A stretch of DNA of 64,000 nt, taken from an uncultured delta proteobacterium (GTDB lineage: Bacteria > Desulfobacterota > Binatia > UBA9968). The translations under genes and the position numbers were made by a program. The notes beneath the pieces are model-generated. The model had not been told where the DNA came from. It saw nothing but the letters and a program-made list of their open reading frames with translations, and ran no database searches. The stretch spans positions 247,123-311,122 of the forward strand of contig CAVXEP010000022.1 of the NCBI GenBank assembly GCA_963760795.1. The letters are read 5' to 3'. Of the stretch, positions 37,109 to 50,167 are shown one piece after another. Positions within the stretch are counted from its first letter, which is position 1; the number at the start of each line of letters is the position of its first letter.

Positions 37109-37352
37109 CTACTCTTGAATCTCGAAGCGGTAATCTTCGATCACCGGGTTAGCCAATAACTTGTCGCACATCTCGCGCACCCGAAGCTCGGCGTCCTGGC
37201 GCGACGCGGGCGCCATCTCGATCTCCAGATATTTTCCCATGCGCACATCCTGCACTTCTTTGTAACCCAACGTGTGCAGCGACCGCTCGATGGCCTTGCC
37301 CTGGGGATCGAGGACACCGGTTTTCAGCGAGACGAAATATCTTTACGCGCAT
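37109..37352 (-). CDS. purS: Phosphoribosylformylglycinamidine synthase subunit PurS, frameshift near 37335
   Basis: Shifted frame reads VSLKTGVLDPQGKAIERSLHTLGY..VRMGKY...CDKLLANPVIEDYRFEIQE*. Confidence 0.95.
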
Positions 37353-37379
37353 GATGAGTCAGCTTTCAGCCAAATGAAT

Positions 37380-38672
37380 TTATTGGAACGCCCGGCGGAA
37401 GATAAAATCGATATTGGTCAAATGGTGCTTGACGCCCCAGATCGCTTCGATCTCCTTGGGCGACAGATAGCGCCGGATCTCCCCGTCGCCGAGCAGTTCG
37501 CGCTTCATGTCGCCGCCTTCGCGGCCGACCTTGAGCGCATGGCGCTGCACCATGCGATAGGCGACGTCCCGGGCGATGCCTTTGCCGACCAAGGCGAGCA
37601 GGACTTTTTCCGAATAAACCGTGCCGCCGCTTTTTTCCAGATTGCGCCGCATGTTGTCGGGATAAACGCAAAGATTGCCGAGCACGTAGGTCATGCGCCG
37701 CAGCATGAAGTCCAAGGCGATGGTGGCGTCCGGCGCGATCACCCGCTCGACCGAAGAATGGCTGATATCGCGCTCATGCCAGAGCGGCACATTCTCCATC
37801 GCCGCCACGGCGTAGGAACGCATGAGCCGGGCTAAACCGGAGACGTTTTCGGAGAGAATCGGATTGCGCTTGTGCGGCATCGCCGACGAGCCCTTTTGCC
37901 CCTGGGTAAACGGTTCCTCCGCTTCCTGCACTTCGGTGCGCTGCAAGTGGCGAATTTCCACGGCGAACTTTTCCAGCGAACTGGCGATGATCGCCAGCGT
38001 CGCAAAATAGTAGGCATGGCGGTCGCGCTGAATGATTTGATTGGACACCAGCGCCGGTTTCAAACCCGCCTTGCGGCAGACATAGGCTTCGACCTTGGGC
38101 GAGATCTGCGCGAAGGTGCCGACGGCGCCGGAGATCTGGCCGACGCAAATATCGTCCACCGCGGCGCGAAAGCGCACCAGATGGCGCGCCATCTCTTGAT
38201 ACCAGAGCGCCAGCTTGAGACCGAAGGTGATCGGTTCGGCATGCACGCCATGGGTGCGGCCGATCTGCACCGTCCATTTGTACTTGCGCGCCTGCTGGCG
38301 CAGCGCCTTCATGAGACTTTTGATATCGTCTTCGAGGATCGCCGAAGCGTCTTTGAATTGCAGCGCCAGCGCCGTGTCCATGACATCCGACGAGGTCATG
38401 CCGACGTGGAGATGGCGCGCATCGTCGCCGATGGATTCCGCCACGCTGCTCAAGAACGCGATGATCTCATGCTTGACCTCGGCTTCGATCTCGCGAATGC
38501 GCTTGACGTCGAAGCGCGCCTTTTTGCGAATGCGCGCAATCGCGGCTTTGGGAACTTTGCCCAACTGCGCCAAGCCCTCGGCAGCGAGGATCTCCACTTC
38601 GAGCCATTTCTGGAAACTATTTTCTTCCGACCAGATACGGCCCATCTCCGGCCGCGTATAACGCGCGATCAT
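37380..38672 (-). CDS. purB: Adenylosuccinate lyase
   Basis: MIARYTRPEM, GRTHGVHAEP and GSSAMPHKRNP signature. Confidence 0.98.
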   Translation of the reverse strand: MIARYTRPEMGRIWSEENSFQKWLEVEILAAEGLAQLGKVPKAAIARIRKKARFDVKRIREIEAEVKHEIIAFLSSVAESIGDDARHLHVGMTSSDVMDTALALQFKDASAILEDDIKSLMKALRQQARKYKWTVQIGRTHGVHAEPITFGLKLALWYQEMARHLVRFRAAVDDICVGQISGAVGTFAQISPKVEAYVCRKAGLKPALVSNQIIQRDRHAYYFATLAIIASSLEKFAVEIRHLQRTEVQEAEEPFTQGQKGSSAMPHKRNPILSENVSGLARLMRSYAVAAMENVPLWHERDISHSSVERVIAPDATIALDFMLRRMTYVLGNLCVYPDNMRRNLEKSGGTVYSEKVLLALVGKGIARDVAYRMVQRHALKVGREGGDMKRELLGDGEIRRYLSPKEIEAIWGVKHHLTNIDFIFRRAFQ

Positions 38673-38694
38673 GTTCCTAAGATGCCCTGCGCTC

Positions 38695-38775
38695 GCTCAA
38701 AAGTCCAAACATCGAAGCAGCAAATTTAAAATCCGCGCATCCGACCTTGAACTTTTGAACCTTGAACCCTTGAAC
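38695..38775. repeat. TTGAAC(C/T) short tandem repeat cluster between dut and purB
   Basis: ccttgaacttttgaaccttgaacccttgaac, with a weakly complementary arm upstream. Confidence 0.6.
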
Positions 38776-39236
38776 TATTTCTTATCGGTATGTCCGAAGC
38801 CGCCCGCTTGCCGTTCCGACGATGGCAATTCGCTCACTTCCTGCCACTCGGCGCGGACGACGCGCTGGACGATCATCTGGGCGATCCGTTGGCCGGGTTC
38901 GATGACGATCGGCTCATTGCCGAGATTGATCGCGATCACTTGGATCTCGCCGCGATAATCGGCATCGATGGTGCCGGGACTATTGACCAGGGTGATGCCC
39001 TGCTTTAACGCCAAACCGCTGCGCGGCCGGATCTGCGCTTCAAAGCCCATCGGCAAGGCGATCGCGATACCCGTGGGAATCAGCGCCCGCGCCATCGGCG
39101 CCAGAGTCATGTCGCCGTCGATGTCGGCGCACAGATCCATCCCGGCGGCGCCGTCGGTCATGTAAGCCGGCAGGGCGAAAGCATGATCGCTTGGCCGCAG
39201 CCGCTTGATCTGAATGCGAATCTGTTCCACTGGCAA
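38775..39236 (-). CDS. dut: dUTP diphosphatase (start approximate)
   Basis: [26 protein letters not shown] and GGFGHT motifs. Confidence 0.97.
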   Translation of the reverse strand: MPVEQIRIQIKRLRPSDHAFALPAYMTDGAAGMDLCADIDGDMTLAPMARALIPTGIAIALPMGFEAQIRPRSGLALKQGITLVNSPGTIDADYRGEIQVIAINLGNEPIVIEPGQRIAQMIVQRVVRAEWQEVSELPSSERQAGGFGHTDKK

Positions 39237-39267
39237 ACCGATTGAATGGTTGAGAAACCGTCGAGCG

Positions 39268-40542
39268 CTAATGACTGGCCGTGAGGCTTTTGATTTTGCA
39301 CTCGTCTTTGAAATCACCCAACAACGTCAAAGTCATCGCTTCAGGACGAAACAGGCGGTTCGCTAAAGTCACGACATCGTCGCGCGTCACCGCACGGATG
39401 CTTTGGCAGATTTCATCCGTCGGCACCATCTTGCCGAAATAGATCTCGTTGCGCGCCACATGGCTCATCCACGAATCGGTGGACTCCAGACCCAGCATCA
39501 TACTGCCCACCAGTTGCCCCTGGGTACGGCGCAGTTCGTCGTCGGTGATGCCATTCTTCGCGAGCTTGCTCAATTCGGCGAGGATCAGCTCAACCACTTC
39601 TTCGGTGGCATCGACGCTGGTGCCGGCATAGACACCGAGATAACCGACGTCGTTGTAGGATGACGAAAACGAATAGACCGAATAGGCCTTGCCGCGCTTC
39701 TCGCGGATCTCTTGGAACAAGCGCGAGCTCATGCCGCCGCCGAGCAAGGTGTTAAGCACGTAAGCCGGATAGCGCTGCGGATCGGCCTGGGGAATACCGG
39801 CCATGCCCAAGCATATATGGGCCTGTTCCAATTCCTTCGAATGGGGATAAACGCCGCTGCCCATCTCCGGCTTGCGCTCGCCGTCAAGCATGCCGTTCTC
39901 GGATGCGCCGCGGTCGCTCACCTGGCCGAGCCTGGCGGCCATTTCCTTGACCAGTGCGTCATGACCGATTTTTCCCGCCGCCGCGACAGTCACCCGGCGC
40001 GGCTGATAGCGCGCTTTGAAAAAACTCAAAAACTTTGCCCGGGTAAAACTATTGACCGTCGCTTCCCGGCCGCAAATCGGCCGGGCTATCGGATGATCTT
40101 TGAAAAAGTCGACACTGAATAGATCATGGACGTAATCGTCCGGGGTGTCTTCCGCCTGGGAGATTTCTTGCAGGATCACCGAGCGCTCGCGCTCGATCTC
40201 CTCGGCGTCGAAACTCGAATGGAGAAAAATATCGCTGAGCAGGTCGATCGCCAGCGGCAGGTTTTCGTCGAGAACCTTGGCGTAGTAGCAAGTATGCTCT
40301 TTGGAAGTAAATGCGTTGATCACGCCGCCGACGGCGTCCATCTCTTCGGCGATCTGCGCCGCCGTGCGCCGCTCGGTGCCTTTAAAAAGTAAATGCTCGA
40401 TGAAGTGGGAGATGCCGTTCTCGGCGTCGCTTTCATGGCGCGAGCCGTTCTCGACCCAGATGCCGAGACTCACCGAACGATGATCCTGCATCTCGTAGGA
40501 AACCACGCGGATGCCGTTATCGAGGATAGTCTTGGCGAACAT
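39268..40542 (-). CDS. M16 family zinc peptidase (pitrilysin/YmxG-like)
   Basis: HFIEH inverted zinc motif, [22 protein letters not shown]; located after pnp. Confidence 0.95.
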   Translation of the reverse strand: MFAKTILDNGIRVVSYEMQDHRSVSLGIWVENGSRHESDAENGISHFIEHLLFKGTERRTAAQIAEEMDAVGGVINAFTSKEHTCYYAKVLDENLPLAIDLLSDIFLHSSFDAEEIERERSVILQEISQAEDTPDDYVHDLFSVDFFKDHPIARPICGREATVNSFTRAKFLSFFKARYQPRRVTVAAAGKIGHDALVKEMAARLGQVSDRGASENGMLDGERKPEMGSGVYPHSKELEQAHICLGMAGIPQADPQRYPAYVLNTLLGGGMSSRLFQEIREKRGKAYSVYSFSSSYNDVGYLGVYAGTSVDATEEVVELILAELSKLAKNGITDDELRRTQGQLVGSMMLGLESTDSWMSHVARNEIYFGKMVPTDEICQSIRAVTRDDVVTLANRLFRPEAMTLTLLGDFKDECKIKSLTASH

Positions 40543-40547
40543 AGCCG

Positions 40548-42665
<2,118 letters not shown>

Positions 42666-42731
42666 AGAAAAATCCTCTGAAGGGAGATGGATGTAACGGA
42701 GGAGTGGGAACGGCGGGCGCTCGGCGGGAAG

Positions 42732-43001
42732 TTATTTGCGTATTCCAAGCCGCTGGATCAAGCTCTGATATCTCTCGAAGCTGTTCTTCCTGAGATAGTC
42801 CAGAAGCCGCCTCCGCTGCCCAACCATCATTAGGAGGCCACGACGAGAATGGTGATCCTTCACATGAACCTTGAAGTGCCCTGTGAGATGTTCAATACGT
42901 TGGCTTAACAGCGCGACTTGCACTTCAGGAGAGCCGGTGTCCGTCTGATGAACCCTGAACTGTTCGACCTGACCTTGTTTCTGTTGTCCAGTGATTCCCA
43001 T
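42732..43001 (-). CDS. rpsO: 30S ribosomal protein S15
   Basis: [24 protein letters not shown]; 89 aa from ATG 43001. Confidence 0.99.
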   Translation of the reverse strand: MGITGQQKQGQVEQFRVHQTDTGSPEVQVALLSQRIEHLTGHFKVHVKDHHSRRGLLMMVGQRRRLLDYLRKNSFERYQSLIQRLGIRK

Positions 43002-43144
43002 TGCTTCGCTCTGCTTCTCTCTTTCTTTCCTTTTTAGTTGTAAAATTTCTACCATACCGAGTCCACATTGTAAAGCAGACCGGCGGTCTCGGCCCTTTAA
43101 CGCCGCCCCAAAGCCCGCCGAGCCTTGCCTAGAGATCTGCTCCC

Positions 43145-43819
43145 ATGCGTACGATGAATGATTTGAGTATCGCCCCCGCCGCCTTTATGGTAATCTCCCA
43201 TCTAAATCTCGTGAAACTTCTCACCGCATATGGCGCCGGCCTGATGTTCCAACTGGCCCTCGCCGGGCCATCTTTTAGCACCGAGTATTACCGTTGGGTC
43301 GACGCAAATGGGGTGTTGCACATTACCGATAATCTTCACAATGTGCCACCCAACCAGCGCCCCAACGCCGGTCGCATTCACGCCCCCGACCCACCCCGGC
43401 AGGCAGATTCTGATAAAAAAGCTCGACCCAGCAATAAAGCCTCCGTGCCGATGGAGCGACACGGCTCGGTGGCGTTGGTTCAAGCTACCTTGAACAATAA
43501 ACGGGCGGTCAAATTCGTCGTCGACACGGGGGCTAGCTACACGCTGATTTCCAACGCCGTCGCCTACGACCTCGGCATCGAACTCGGCGCCAATCCCAAG
43601 ACCATGCCCTTTCAAACCGCCAATGGTTTGATCAATGCACCGATCACCAACATCGAGTCGATCTCCATCGGCGGATTGGAGATCCGCAATCTCATGATCG
43701 CCATCCACGACGCCGTCCCTGACCCCGAAGTCGCCGGCCTGCTCGGGCTGAATTTTTTGAGCAACTTTAAACTGGATATCGATACCCAGAAGGGATTTCT
43801 GCATTTGGAGAAGAAGTAG
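43145..43819 (+). CDS. DUF4124 plus retropepsin-like (clan AA) aspartic protease
   Basis: [14 protein letters not shown], then FVVDTGAS and GLLGLNFL. Confidence 0.88.
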   Translation: MRTMNDLSIAPAAFMVISHLNLVKLLTAYGAGLMFQLALAGPSFSTEYYRWVDANGVLHITDNLHNVPPNQRPNAGRIHAPDPPRQADSDKKARPSNKASVPMERHGSVALVQATLNNKRAVKFVVDTGASYTLISNAVAYDLGIELGANPKTMPFQTANGLINAPITNIESISIGGLEIRNLMIAIHDAVPDPEVAGLLGLNFLSNFKLDIDTQKGFLHLEKK

Positions 43820-43962
43820 CCGCGCCATTCGCCAGCGAAGTGCGAGCAATATTCATTGCCGCCCCGCCCAAACTTCCCGTTGTCAAGGTAAGCATTGAGA
43901 TACCAACAAAAACTCTAAGCCCCCACCCGCGGGAGTGTACAAGGAGGGTACGCTCGTCTAGG

Positions 43963-44946
43963 ATGACGGCTATGCTCGACAACTTCCTGCGAATTCTTCC
44001 AGAGGTAATTTTCGACGCCGCCGAGAAATTGGGCGGGCGTTGCACCGGCCGTTTCTACGCGCTCAATGCGATGGAAAACCGCGTGTACGACATCGAGATG
44101 GAAGAAGGCCCGCACGTCGTCATCAAATTTTACCGCCCCGGCCGCTGGAGCCGCGCGACGATTCAGGCCGAGCACGACTTCCTGAAGGCCCTCGAAGAAA
44201 GCGAAATTCCCGTCGTCTGCCCGCTCACGGACGACAAGGGACAAAGTATTTTCGCAATCAACGAAGTGATGTTCACGATCTTCCCGAAGCGGCTGGGGCG
44301 ACTGGAGCCGGAACTGAATACGGAACAGCTCACGCGCCTGGGAAGGTTCATGGCTCGCCTTCACAACGTCGGGGCGGCGGTAAAAGGCGCCCCCCGTTTA
44401 CGGCTCGATCCGCAAACTTACGGGCGAGATCCGTTGAAGTTTTTAACCGACGGCAACTTCATTCCGCTGCAACTCGCAAGTCGCTTCGAAACCATCGTAA
44501 CGCAAATTTGCGACGCAATTACTCCTCGTTTCGAGGACGTCAAGTACGTTCTGCTCCACGGCGATTGCCACTCGGGAAATATTTTGTGGAATCGAGACGA
44601 TCCGTACTTCATCGATTTCGACGACATGCTCTACGCGCCTCCTGTTCAAGACATCTGGATGCTCACGGGCGGAGACGACGACTACGGCAAGGAGCGGAGG
44701 CAGATCTTGCTCGAGGCCTACGAACAGATCAGAACTTTCGACATGACGACCATGCAACTCATCGAGCCGCTGCGGGCGCTGCGCATGATTCACTTTTCCG
44801 CGTGGATCGCGCGCCGCTGGGAAGACAGCGCTTTCAAAATGGGGTTTCCTGACTTCGGCACCGAGCGCTATTGGCAGGAGCAAATCGAAGCGCTCGCGCT
44901 GCAATTAGAAAAAGTCCAATACCAAAGCACCGATCTCTACCATTGA
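43963..44946 (+). CDS. srkA: Stress-response kinase SrkA/RdoA (YihE)-like
   Basis: LNAMENRVY, KFYRPGRWS, EHDFL, LHGDCHSGN, IDFDD and WIARRWED.AF. Confidence 0.88.
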   Translation: MTAMLDNFLRILPEVIFDAAEKLGGRCTGRFYALNAMENRVYDIEMEEGPHVVIKFYRPGRWSRATIQAEHDFLKALEESEIPVVCPLTDDKGQSIFAINEVMFTIFPKRLGRLEPELNTEQLTRLGRFMARLHNVGAAVKGAPRLRLDPQTYGRDPLKFLTDGNFIPLQLASRFETIVTQICDAITPRFEDVKYVLLHGDCHSGNILWNRDDPYFIDFDDMLYAPPVQDIWMLTGGDDDYGKERRQILLEAYEQIRTFDMTTMQLIEPLRALRMIHFSAWIARRWEDSAFKMGFPDFGTERYWQEQIEALALQLEKVQYQSTDLYH

Positions 44947-44993
44947 ACACTGGCTCGTTGTTAAACACGGCCCTTGCTTAGTCCAGCAGGCTG

Positions 44994-46219
44994 CTACGGT
45001 TTCGCAGCGGCAACGCCCCAGTGGCTCGCGCGGACAACGCCGGCCTGCTCAAGTTCGCCAATCTCGCTGTCGCTACAGCCGATGCTATGGAGGACTTCAA
45101 CGGTGTGCTCGCCTAACACGGGCGCAAAGCGGCGAAAAGTCGGCGGCGTGTCAGACAAGCGGAATGGCGACGAAAGTTGCCGAACCGTTCCTTCCAGCGG
45201 ATGGTCCAGCTCCAGCACCATGCCGCGCTCCTTGGCAAACGGTCCTTCAAGCACTTCGTCGAATTCCAGCATCGGCACAACCGCGATCTCCTTGGGGATA
45301 AGCTCAGCCATTCATCGCGCGTCTTGGTCAGCATGTGCGCCTTGACCTTGCGGATCAAATCCTCGTTGCCGACGGGCATCGTCTCGCGCATTTCCGGCAG
45401 CCCAACTGCGTCGCAGAAGGGAGCCCAGAAATGCGCCTGTGCCGATGCCGCGCTGCTCAAGTATTTCCCGTCTTTGCATCTGAGGTTGCCGATGCTTGGA
45501 AAGCCGCGCCGGCGCACGCTCTTTTTGCGGAAGTAGTCCGGTACGTTGGCATTGACGAATGCCGTGCCGCCTTCCACCAAGGCGATGTCGACCTGCTGTC
45601 CGCGTCCGGTTTGCTCCCGCGCAAAGAGCGCGGCCTGAATCGATATCACCGCCAATGCGGCGGAATAGCTGTCCACCGGCTGGAAAAGCATGTCTGCCGG
45701 TTCGCCGTCCTGCCCCGTCGTTAACGCGCTAACCCCGGACATCCCCTGGGCGTTGCGCTCGTTGCCGGGCCATTCGGTAAAGTTGTTGCCGAAGCCGTAA
45801 CCGCTGAGCGTGGCGTAGATCAAGCGCGGGTTGATTTTGCTAAGGGTCTCGTAGTCGGCGCCCAAGCGCTTGTAAACACCGAGACGAAACGAACCAAAAA
45901 AGACGTCAGCGTCTGCCACCAGCCGATGGAAGATCGCTTGGCCTTGCGGCTTCTGCAGGTTGATCGCGATGCTGCGCTTATTTCGGTGGGTGTGGTCCCA
46001 GGCATTGGAGCGAGCTTCAGCTTCGAGCGCTTCCTGATTAGCCGATATGTTGTCCCTCGATGCACGGGCTGCCTGTTGATCGCGGTAGGCACTGCGGTCG
46101 GCGACGTCCTCGATTTTCAGAACATCCATGCCAAGATCGGCAAGCATCCACGTTGCCATCGGGCCCGGCACCAGCCTGGTCAGATCGAGCATGCGAAAAC
46201 GTTCCAGCGGAAGCGTCAT
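44994..46219 (-). CDS. Class III CoA-transferase (CaiB/BaiF), frameshift near 45305
   Basis: LDLTRLVPGP, RNKRSIAINL, INPRLIY, TGRGQQVD and APVLGEHT.EVL. Confidence 0.88.
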
Positions 46220-46487
46220 CTTAGTGTCCCCTTATTCTCTCGTCCATTTAGTTAGCTTTAACATCGCCGCGCCGAGCATCAGGCCTTTGCCGCGCCAATG
46301 GATCCATAAATAATTTCTGTTCGTTTTAGGTGGCGTCGTCGACCGAGTGGACAAAGTGTTTCTGGCTTCAAATGGGGTGCAAATAGTCGGATGGGCTTGT
46401 CCAGCGAGTCAACAACTTGCCGCAAATCCGTTCCAATTAATTTTTGGCGGCGATTGCCGAAATTTTCACATCTAAGTTATGGTCTAA

Positions 46488-47141
46488 CTACGGCGCGGCA
46501 GGCGGCCGATTGGCCGCCACCGCGCGCTGGTAAGCCACACGCGAAGTAGTGCGCGACAGGTACGCTTTCAGCGGTTCAGGCAACACAATCTCGCGCCGTT
46601 GGGCGCCCGTGAGGCAGGTAGTCAAAAGGATATCCGCGCCGGTGAAACAATCGCCCATTGCATACGGCCCCGCCCCTAGCCGCGCCATGGCCGTTTCGGC
46701 CTGCTTGGTAAAGATTTCCTTGGCCGCTTTCACCGCGTTGGGCGCCTCGCCGTAGATGGCATGCAGGTCGCCATGGCGGCGGATGATGTACATGGTGTCG
46801 GCGTCGAGTTCCATCATGCAGAAAAAGCACCACATGTCATAACGCGCGCGCTCAGCCGGATCGGCGGGCGGCTGCATGTTCTTCTCCGTGCCGTAACAGG
46901 TGGTGAGGTAGTTGACGATCGCGGCACTCTCCGAAACCACCAAATGGCCGTCCTGGACTGTCGGGATCTTCTGGCTGGGATTGAGCAGGGTGTACTCGGG
47001 CGTCACATTGCCACCGTTGCGCGATCCGATCGGGCGGCACTCGTAGTCGAGGCCCAGCTCATGCATGCTCCAGTGCGCGCGCAACGTGCGCGGCGTACCT
47101 GCACCCCAGACAACTTTCTTTGCATTGCGATCCGCTGCCAA
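46488..47141 (-). CDS. Glutathione S-transferase family protein
   Basis: LNPSQKIP, ESAAI.NYL and FTGADILL; TTG start with AGGGAG RBS. Confidence 0.92.
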   Translation of the reverse strand: MAADRNAKKVVWGAGTPRTLRAHWSMHELGLDYECRPIGSRNGGNVTPEYTLLNPSQKIPTVQDGHLVVSESAAIVNYLTTCYGTEKNMQPPADPAERARYDMWCFFCMMELDADTMYIIRRHGDLHAIYGEAPNAVKAAKEIFTKQAETAMARLGAGPYAMGDCFTGADILLTTCLTGAQRREIVLPEPLKAYLSRTTSRVAYQRAVAANRPPAAP

Positions 47142-47165
47142 ACTGCTCTCCCTGATTGAATGCTG

Positions 47166-47365
47166 TATAGGAAATTTAAACCAACTTTTTTCCGACCCGA
47201 GCAGTATCGCCGGATATGTGAGTTGTCAATCGCCTTTTCGTTTGATGAAAATACGGTGTTGCTTCGGCTGGCTTGGGCGGCGAAGCGGGCGGAGGGGCGC
47301 TACGTGTTCCAGATCGCACCGCTCGCTCGAACTCAAGCCGACCGGCATCGCCGGCTTGCGTTGAC
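47166..47365 (-). promoter_or_regulatory. Repeat element R1 (promoter/leader module) upstream of GST
   Basis: Minus strand TTGACA-N17-TACTGC; aligns with R2-R5. Confidence 0.75.
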
Positions 47366-47652
47366 AAACGGTTATCGGATCTTCAGGTCGTGTGAAATCT
47401 ATTGAATCGCGGCGCCGACGCACCCTGCGCGTGCGCGTGAGCGCTTGAGATCTCGGTTAGCGGCACAGTCACTCAAGTTTTATGCGCTGATCGGCGGCCC
47501 AGAGCACCGCCGCAGGTAAGGTGAAGCTGTGGCGTTTAGCGCACAGGCCCAGTGTGGTTGGTTTGCCCGTGCTCGGCACGCTTTGCACACTCAGGGGGAA
47601 TGGTTTGCGGAACGTCGGATTTGGCGCTGTCAATAGAGCTCCAAGGCGTTTT

Positions 47653-48198
47653 CTATGCCTTAAGGCGGGCAGGTGCGTCATCCGGCGGCGTGATATCAAA
47701 CGCGTTGGCGGTGCAACAGGTCATCGAGAACGAGCCGACCCGGGCAACCAGAGCTACCAGCTCTTCAGTGCTAAAGCATGCTTCGGCGGCGGCGTAGGTG
47801 GCATCGGATAGCCCCTTGTCGGCGAGCAGTTCGTTGGCGATCTGATGCGCGAGCAATTCGCGCTTGTCACCGGTCGGCAGCGCGCCGCGGGCGTTGATGG
47901 CGTCGATCTCTGCCTGCGTAAGTCCAACTTTAAGCCCGTTGCGGCACTGCGCCGCCCACGGGTATTTGGCGCCCCAGAACCGCGCCACGGTCAATGTAAC
48001 GATCTGCTGTTCGCGGGCGGACAGCGTGCTGTCGGCGATGCAGTCTGCCATGTTGTGGAGGCTCTGCATCAGTTTGGGATTGCGGATATAGGCCCAGAAT
48101 GGCCCGCCATACGGCTTGCCGTTGGCCTTGGACGCCGCGATCACGGCGCGCTGTTCATGGTTCATCTCGTCGAGCGTCAGAACGGCAATGCGTGTCAT
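47653..48198 (-). CDS. Carboxymuconolactone decarboxylase/AhpD-like family protein
   Basis: GPF..Y.RNP.L, LSAREQQIV.L.VAR.W.A.Y.W, and LSDATY.AA...F..E.LV.LV pattern. Confidence 0.8.
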   Translation of the reverse strand: MTRIAVLTLDEMNHEQRAVIAASKANGKPYGGPFWAYIRNPKLMQSLHNMADCIADSTLSAREQQIVTLTVARFWGAKYPWAAQCRNGLKVGLTQAEIDAINARGALPTGDKRELLAHQIANELLADKGLSDATYAAAEACFSTEELVALVARVGSFSMTCCTANAFDITPPDDAPARLKA

Positions 48199-48357
48199 TA
48201 TCTATCTCCCTGTTTCTATACTGCCTGCAGCCCGATTTACGGCAGATCGATCATGACCTCGATTGCTGCCGTGGTAATCACGGTGCGATGATCTATCGCC
48301 CGATCACGCACGTCACCGATTTCCGGCTGGTCCAACTATATGCGAGCAACCCATACG

Positions 48358-48515
48358 TATAAGAAATTTAAACAACCTTTTTTTCTGTCGCGAGCTATAT
48401 CGCCGCACCGGCGAGTCGTCAAGCGCACGAGTGTTTATTGAAATTCGCGGTTTTGCTCCGACTAGTTCAGGCGCGATCACTCAAACGCGAGACCGAGCAG
48501 CATCGTCGACCTATG
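48358..48515 (-). promoter_or_regulatory. Repeat element R2 upstream of the CMD-like gene
   Basis: Minus strand TTGACG-N17-TATAGC; 32-nt identity with R4 (cgcaccggcgagtcgtcaagcgcacgagtgtt). Confidence 0.8.
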
Positions 48516-48594
48516 CCTGCCCCCTTGTCCTCGCTGACTTTGTCAACTCAATCAACCAGTCCCCCGAATGCGTTCCTTGATAAAAGATTCACGC

Positions 48595-49848
48595 TCACGG
48601 GCGCCTCCAGGTATCCCAGCTCCGGAGGATCTGTCCGGCGATCTTGTCTGGATCGGCGCCGGGGATCGGTTCGAACTTCTGCAGCCGACCTGCGAAGCAA
48701 TCTGCCAGGTACAGATTACCGAGTTGATCCGTGGTGATCCCGTGTGAACAGTTCAGCCGACCAGGCTGCCCCCCCGGCGCGCCCCAGCCGTACAGGAAAT
48801 TCCCGTTCAGATCGAACTTGAGGATCCTACTCGTGGGCGCATCGCCGACCCAGATGAAACCTTTGTCATCAATGAAGTGATTCACCATGAGCGTGTTCTG
48901 ACCGGCGGGCCAGTGCGGCGACTTCAACGGCCATAGATCGAGGAACTTGCCGTTCTCGTCGAAGACCTGCATCCGCGCATGTCCGCGGTCGATAATGAAG
49001 AGCCGGCGGTCGGCGCTGATCGCGATGCTGTGGACCGTATTCCACTCGTTCGGTCCCGGGTTCTTCGGATCCTTGGGCGGCCCGCCCCAGTCCATGATGA
49101 AGTTGTCGTTGGCGTCGTACTTGACGACGCGTGTGCCGCCATAGCCGTCCGTGATAAAGTAGGTTCCGTCAGGCAGCCAGGCGATGTCCGTCGGCCGATC
49201 GAAGGTGTTCGGCCCGCGACCGCGGACACCGAGCTGGCCTTTGCTGTGAACCAGTTTGCCGTCGTGGGTAAAGCGATAAATCATGTGGAGCTGGTCGTCA
49301 ATGATCCAGACATGCTTGTCTTTGTCATAAGGGCTGATCTTGATCTGGTGCGGCCCACGACCGCAGGGATTCTTGGCGAACAGCTCTTCGAGGTGCGGCC
49401 ACTCGTCGATGAGGTTGCCCTGGCGATCGAACACGATGATCGAGTGTTGGAACCGACGCTCCCATCCCCGCGGTTTCTCCGGCTGGCAGGTTGCCGTCAA
49501 CCCGTCCGAGTTGCCCGTGGAGTTCCCGCGGGACGGATTGAGCGCCGCATAGGGTGTCCACGGAGCGCTGCCCTTCGGCAGCGGCAGCTCGCCGCGCATG
49601 GCGACCCAGATTCGGTCGGGGTTTTCTGCGTAGACGCCGCCAAAGGATCCCCAGGTCCATCCGTCATGTGAGTGACGAGTGTCGGGCAACGGCTTGGGCC
49701 ACCCTTCGACCACCTTGTAGTGACCCGTGGGCCAGTCCTGGTGACTCCACCGGCCTGACGGCTTAGCGCCGGTGCCACACGACACTGCACCGATCGACAA
49801 CAGCGTCCAGGCAACGATCAACCGCGGCAAAGAATGATTGCCCAACAT
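48595..49848 (-). CDS. NHL-repeat lipoprotein, peptidyl-alpha-hydroxyglycine alpha-amidating lyase-like
   Basis: Lipobox AVSC; FDRPTDIA..PDG..FITDGYG..RVVKYD, HSIA and HGI NHL blades. Confidence 0.85.
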   Translation of the reverse strand: MLGNHSLPRLIVAWTLLSIGAVSCGTGAKPSGRWSHQDWPTGHYKVVEGWPKPLPDTRHSHDGWTWGSFGGVYAENPDRIWVAMRGELPLPKGSAPWTPYAALNPSRGNSTGNSDGLTATCQPEKPRGWERRFQHSIIVFDRQGNLIDEWPHLEELFAKNPCGRGPHQIKISPYDKDKHVWIIDDQLHMIYRFTHDGKLVHSKGQLGVRGRGPNTFDRPTDIAWLPDGTYFITDGYGGTRVVKYDANDNFIMDWGGPPKDPKNPGPNEWNTVHSIAISADRRLFIIDRGHARMQVFDENGKFLDLWPLKSPHWPAGQNTLMVNHFIDDKGFIWVGDAPTSRILKFDLNGNFLYGWGAPGGQPGRLNCSHGITTDQLGNLYLADCFAGRLQKFEPIPGADPDKIAGQILRSWDTWRRP

Positions 49849-49907
49849 GCGGCCTCCACAGGAATTACTAACTGCTTTCCATCAACAATCAGGAATCCTC
49901 AATCCTT

Positions 49908-50095
49908 GGAGAAAATCTAATCCACGCTTATTTCTGACCGGAGCAATACCGCAGGCCTCGGAAAGTTGTCAATCAAATTTGCTGAAGATCCCGGTGGCTT
50001 AAGCAGCGCAGCCGTCGGTTGCGCTCAATTTGTTCCCAGTCGGCGCCCTCGCTCAAGCGCGAGACCAAGCAGCATCGTCGGCTTGCGCAGGCAAC
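49908..50095 (-). promoter_or_regulatory. Repeat element R3 upstream of the NHL gene
   Basis: Minus strand TTGACA-N18-TATTGC; shares ttctgac..gagc and cgcgagacc.agcagcatcg blocks with R2 and R4. Confidence 0.7.
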
Positions 50096-50167
50096 AGGTT
50101 CGGCCTCTTGACAGAGGCAAGACACAAAAAATGAAATGGCGCGGGCAACGTTCAAGCTGCCGGCGTT

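Noticed and set aside
43002-43140. S15 ribosomal leader RNA
   Set aside because: Plausible by position, but no recognisable structure could be supported from the sequence.
46462-46490. dif or attC-like site (catctaagttatggtctaac)
   Set aside because: Only a partial resemblance; arm lengths and spacing do not fit XerC/XerD sites and no partner arm was found.
47160-47405. Plus-strand ORFs through the repeats sharing VLLRL
   Set aside because: Frames, starts and lengths are not conserved between copies; the shared peptide is a by-product of DNA similarity.
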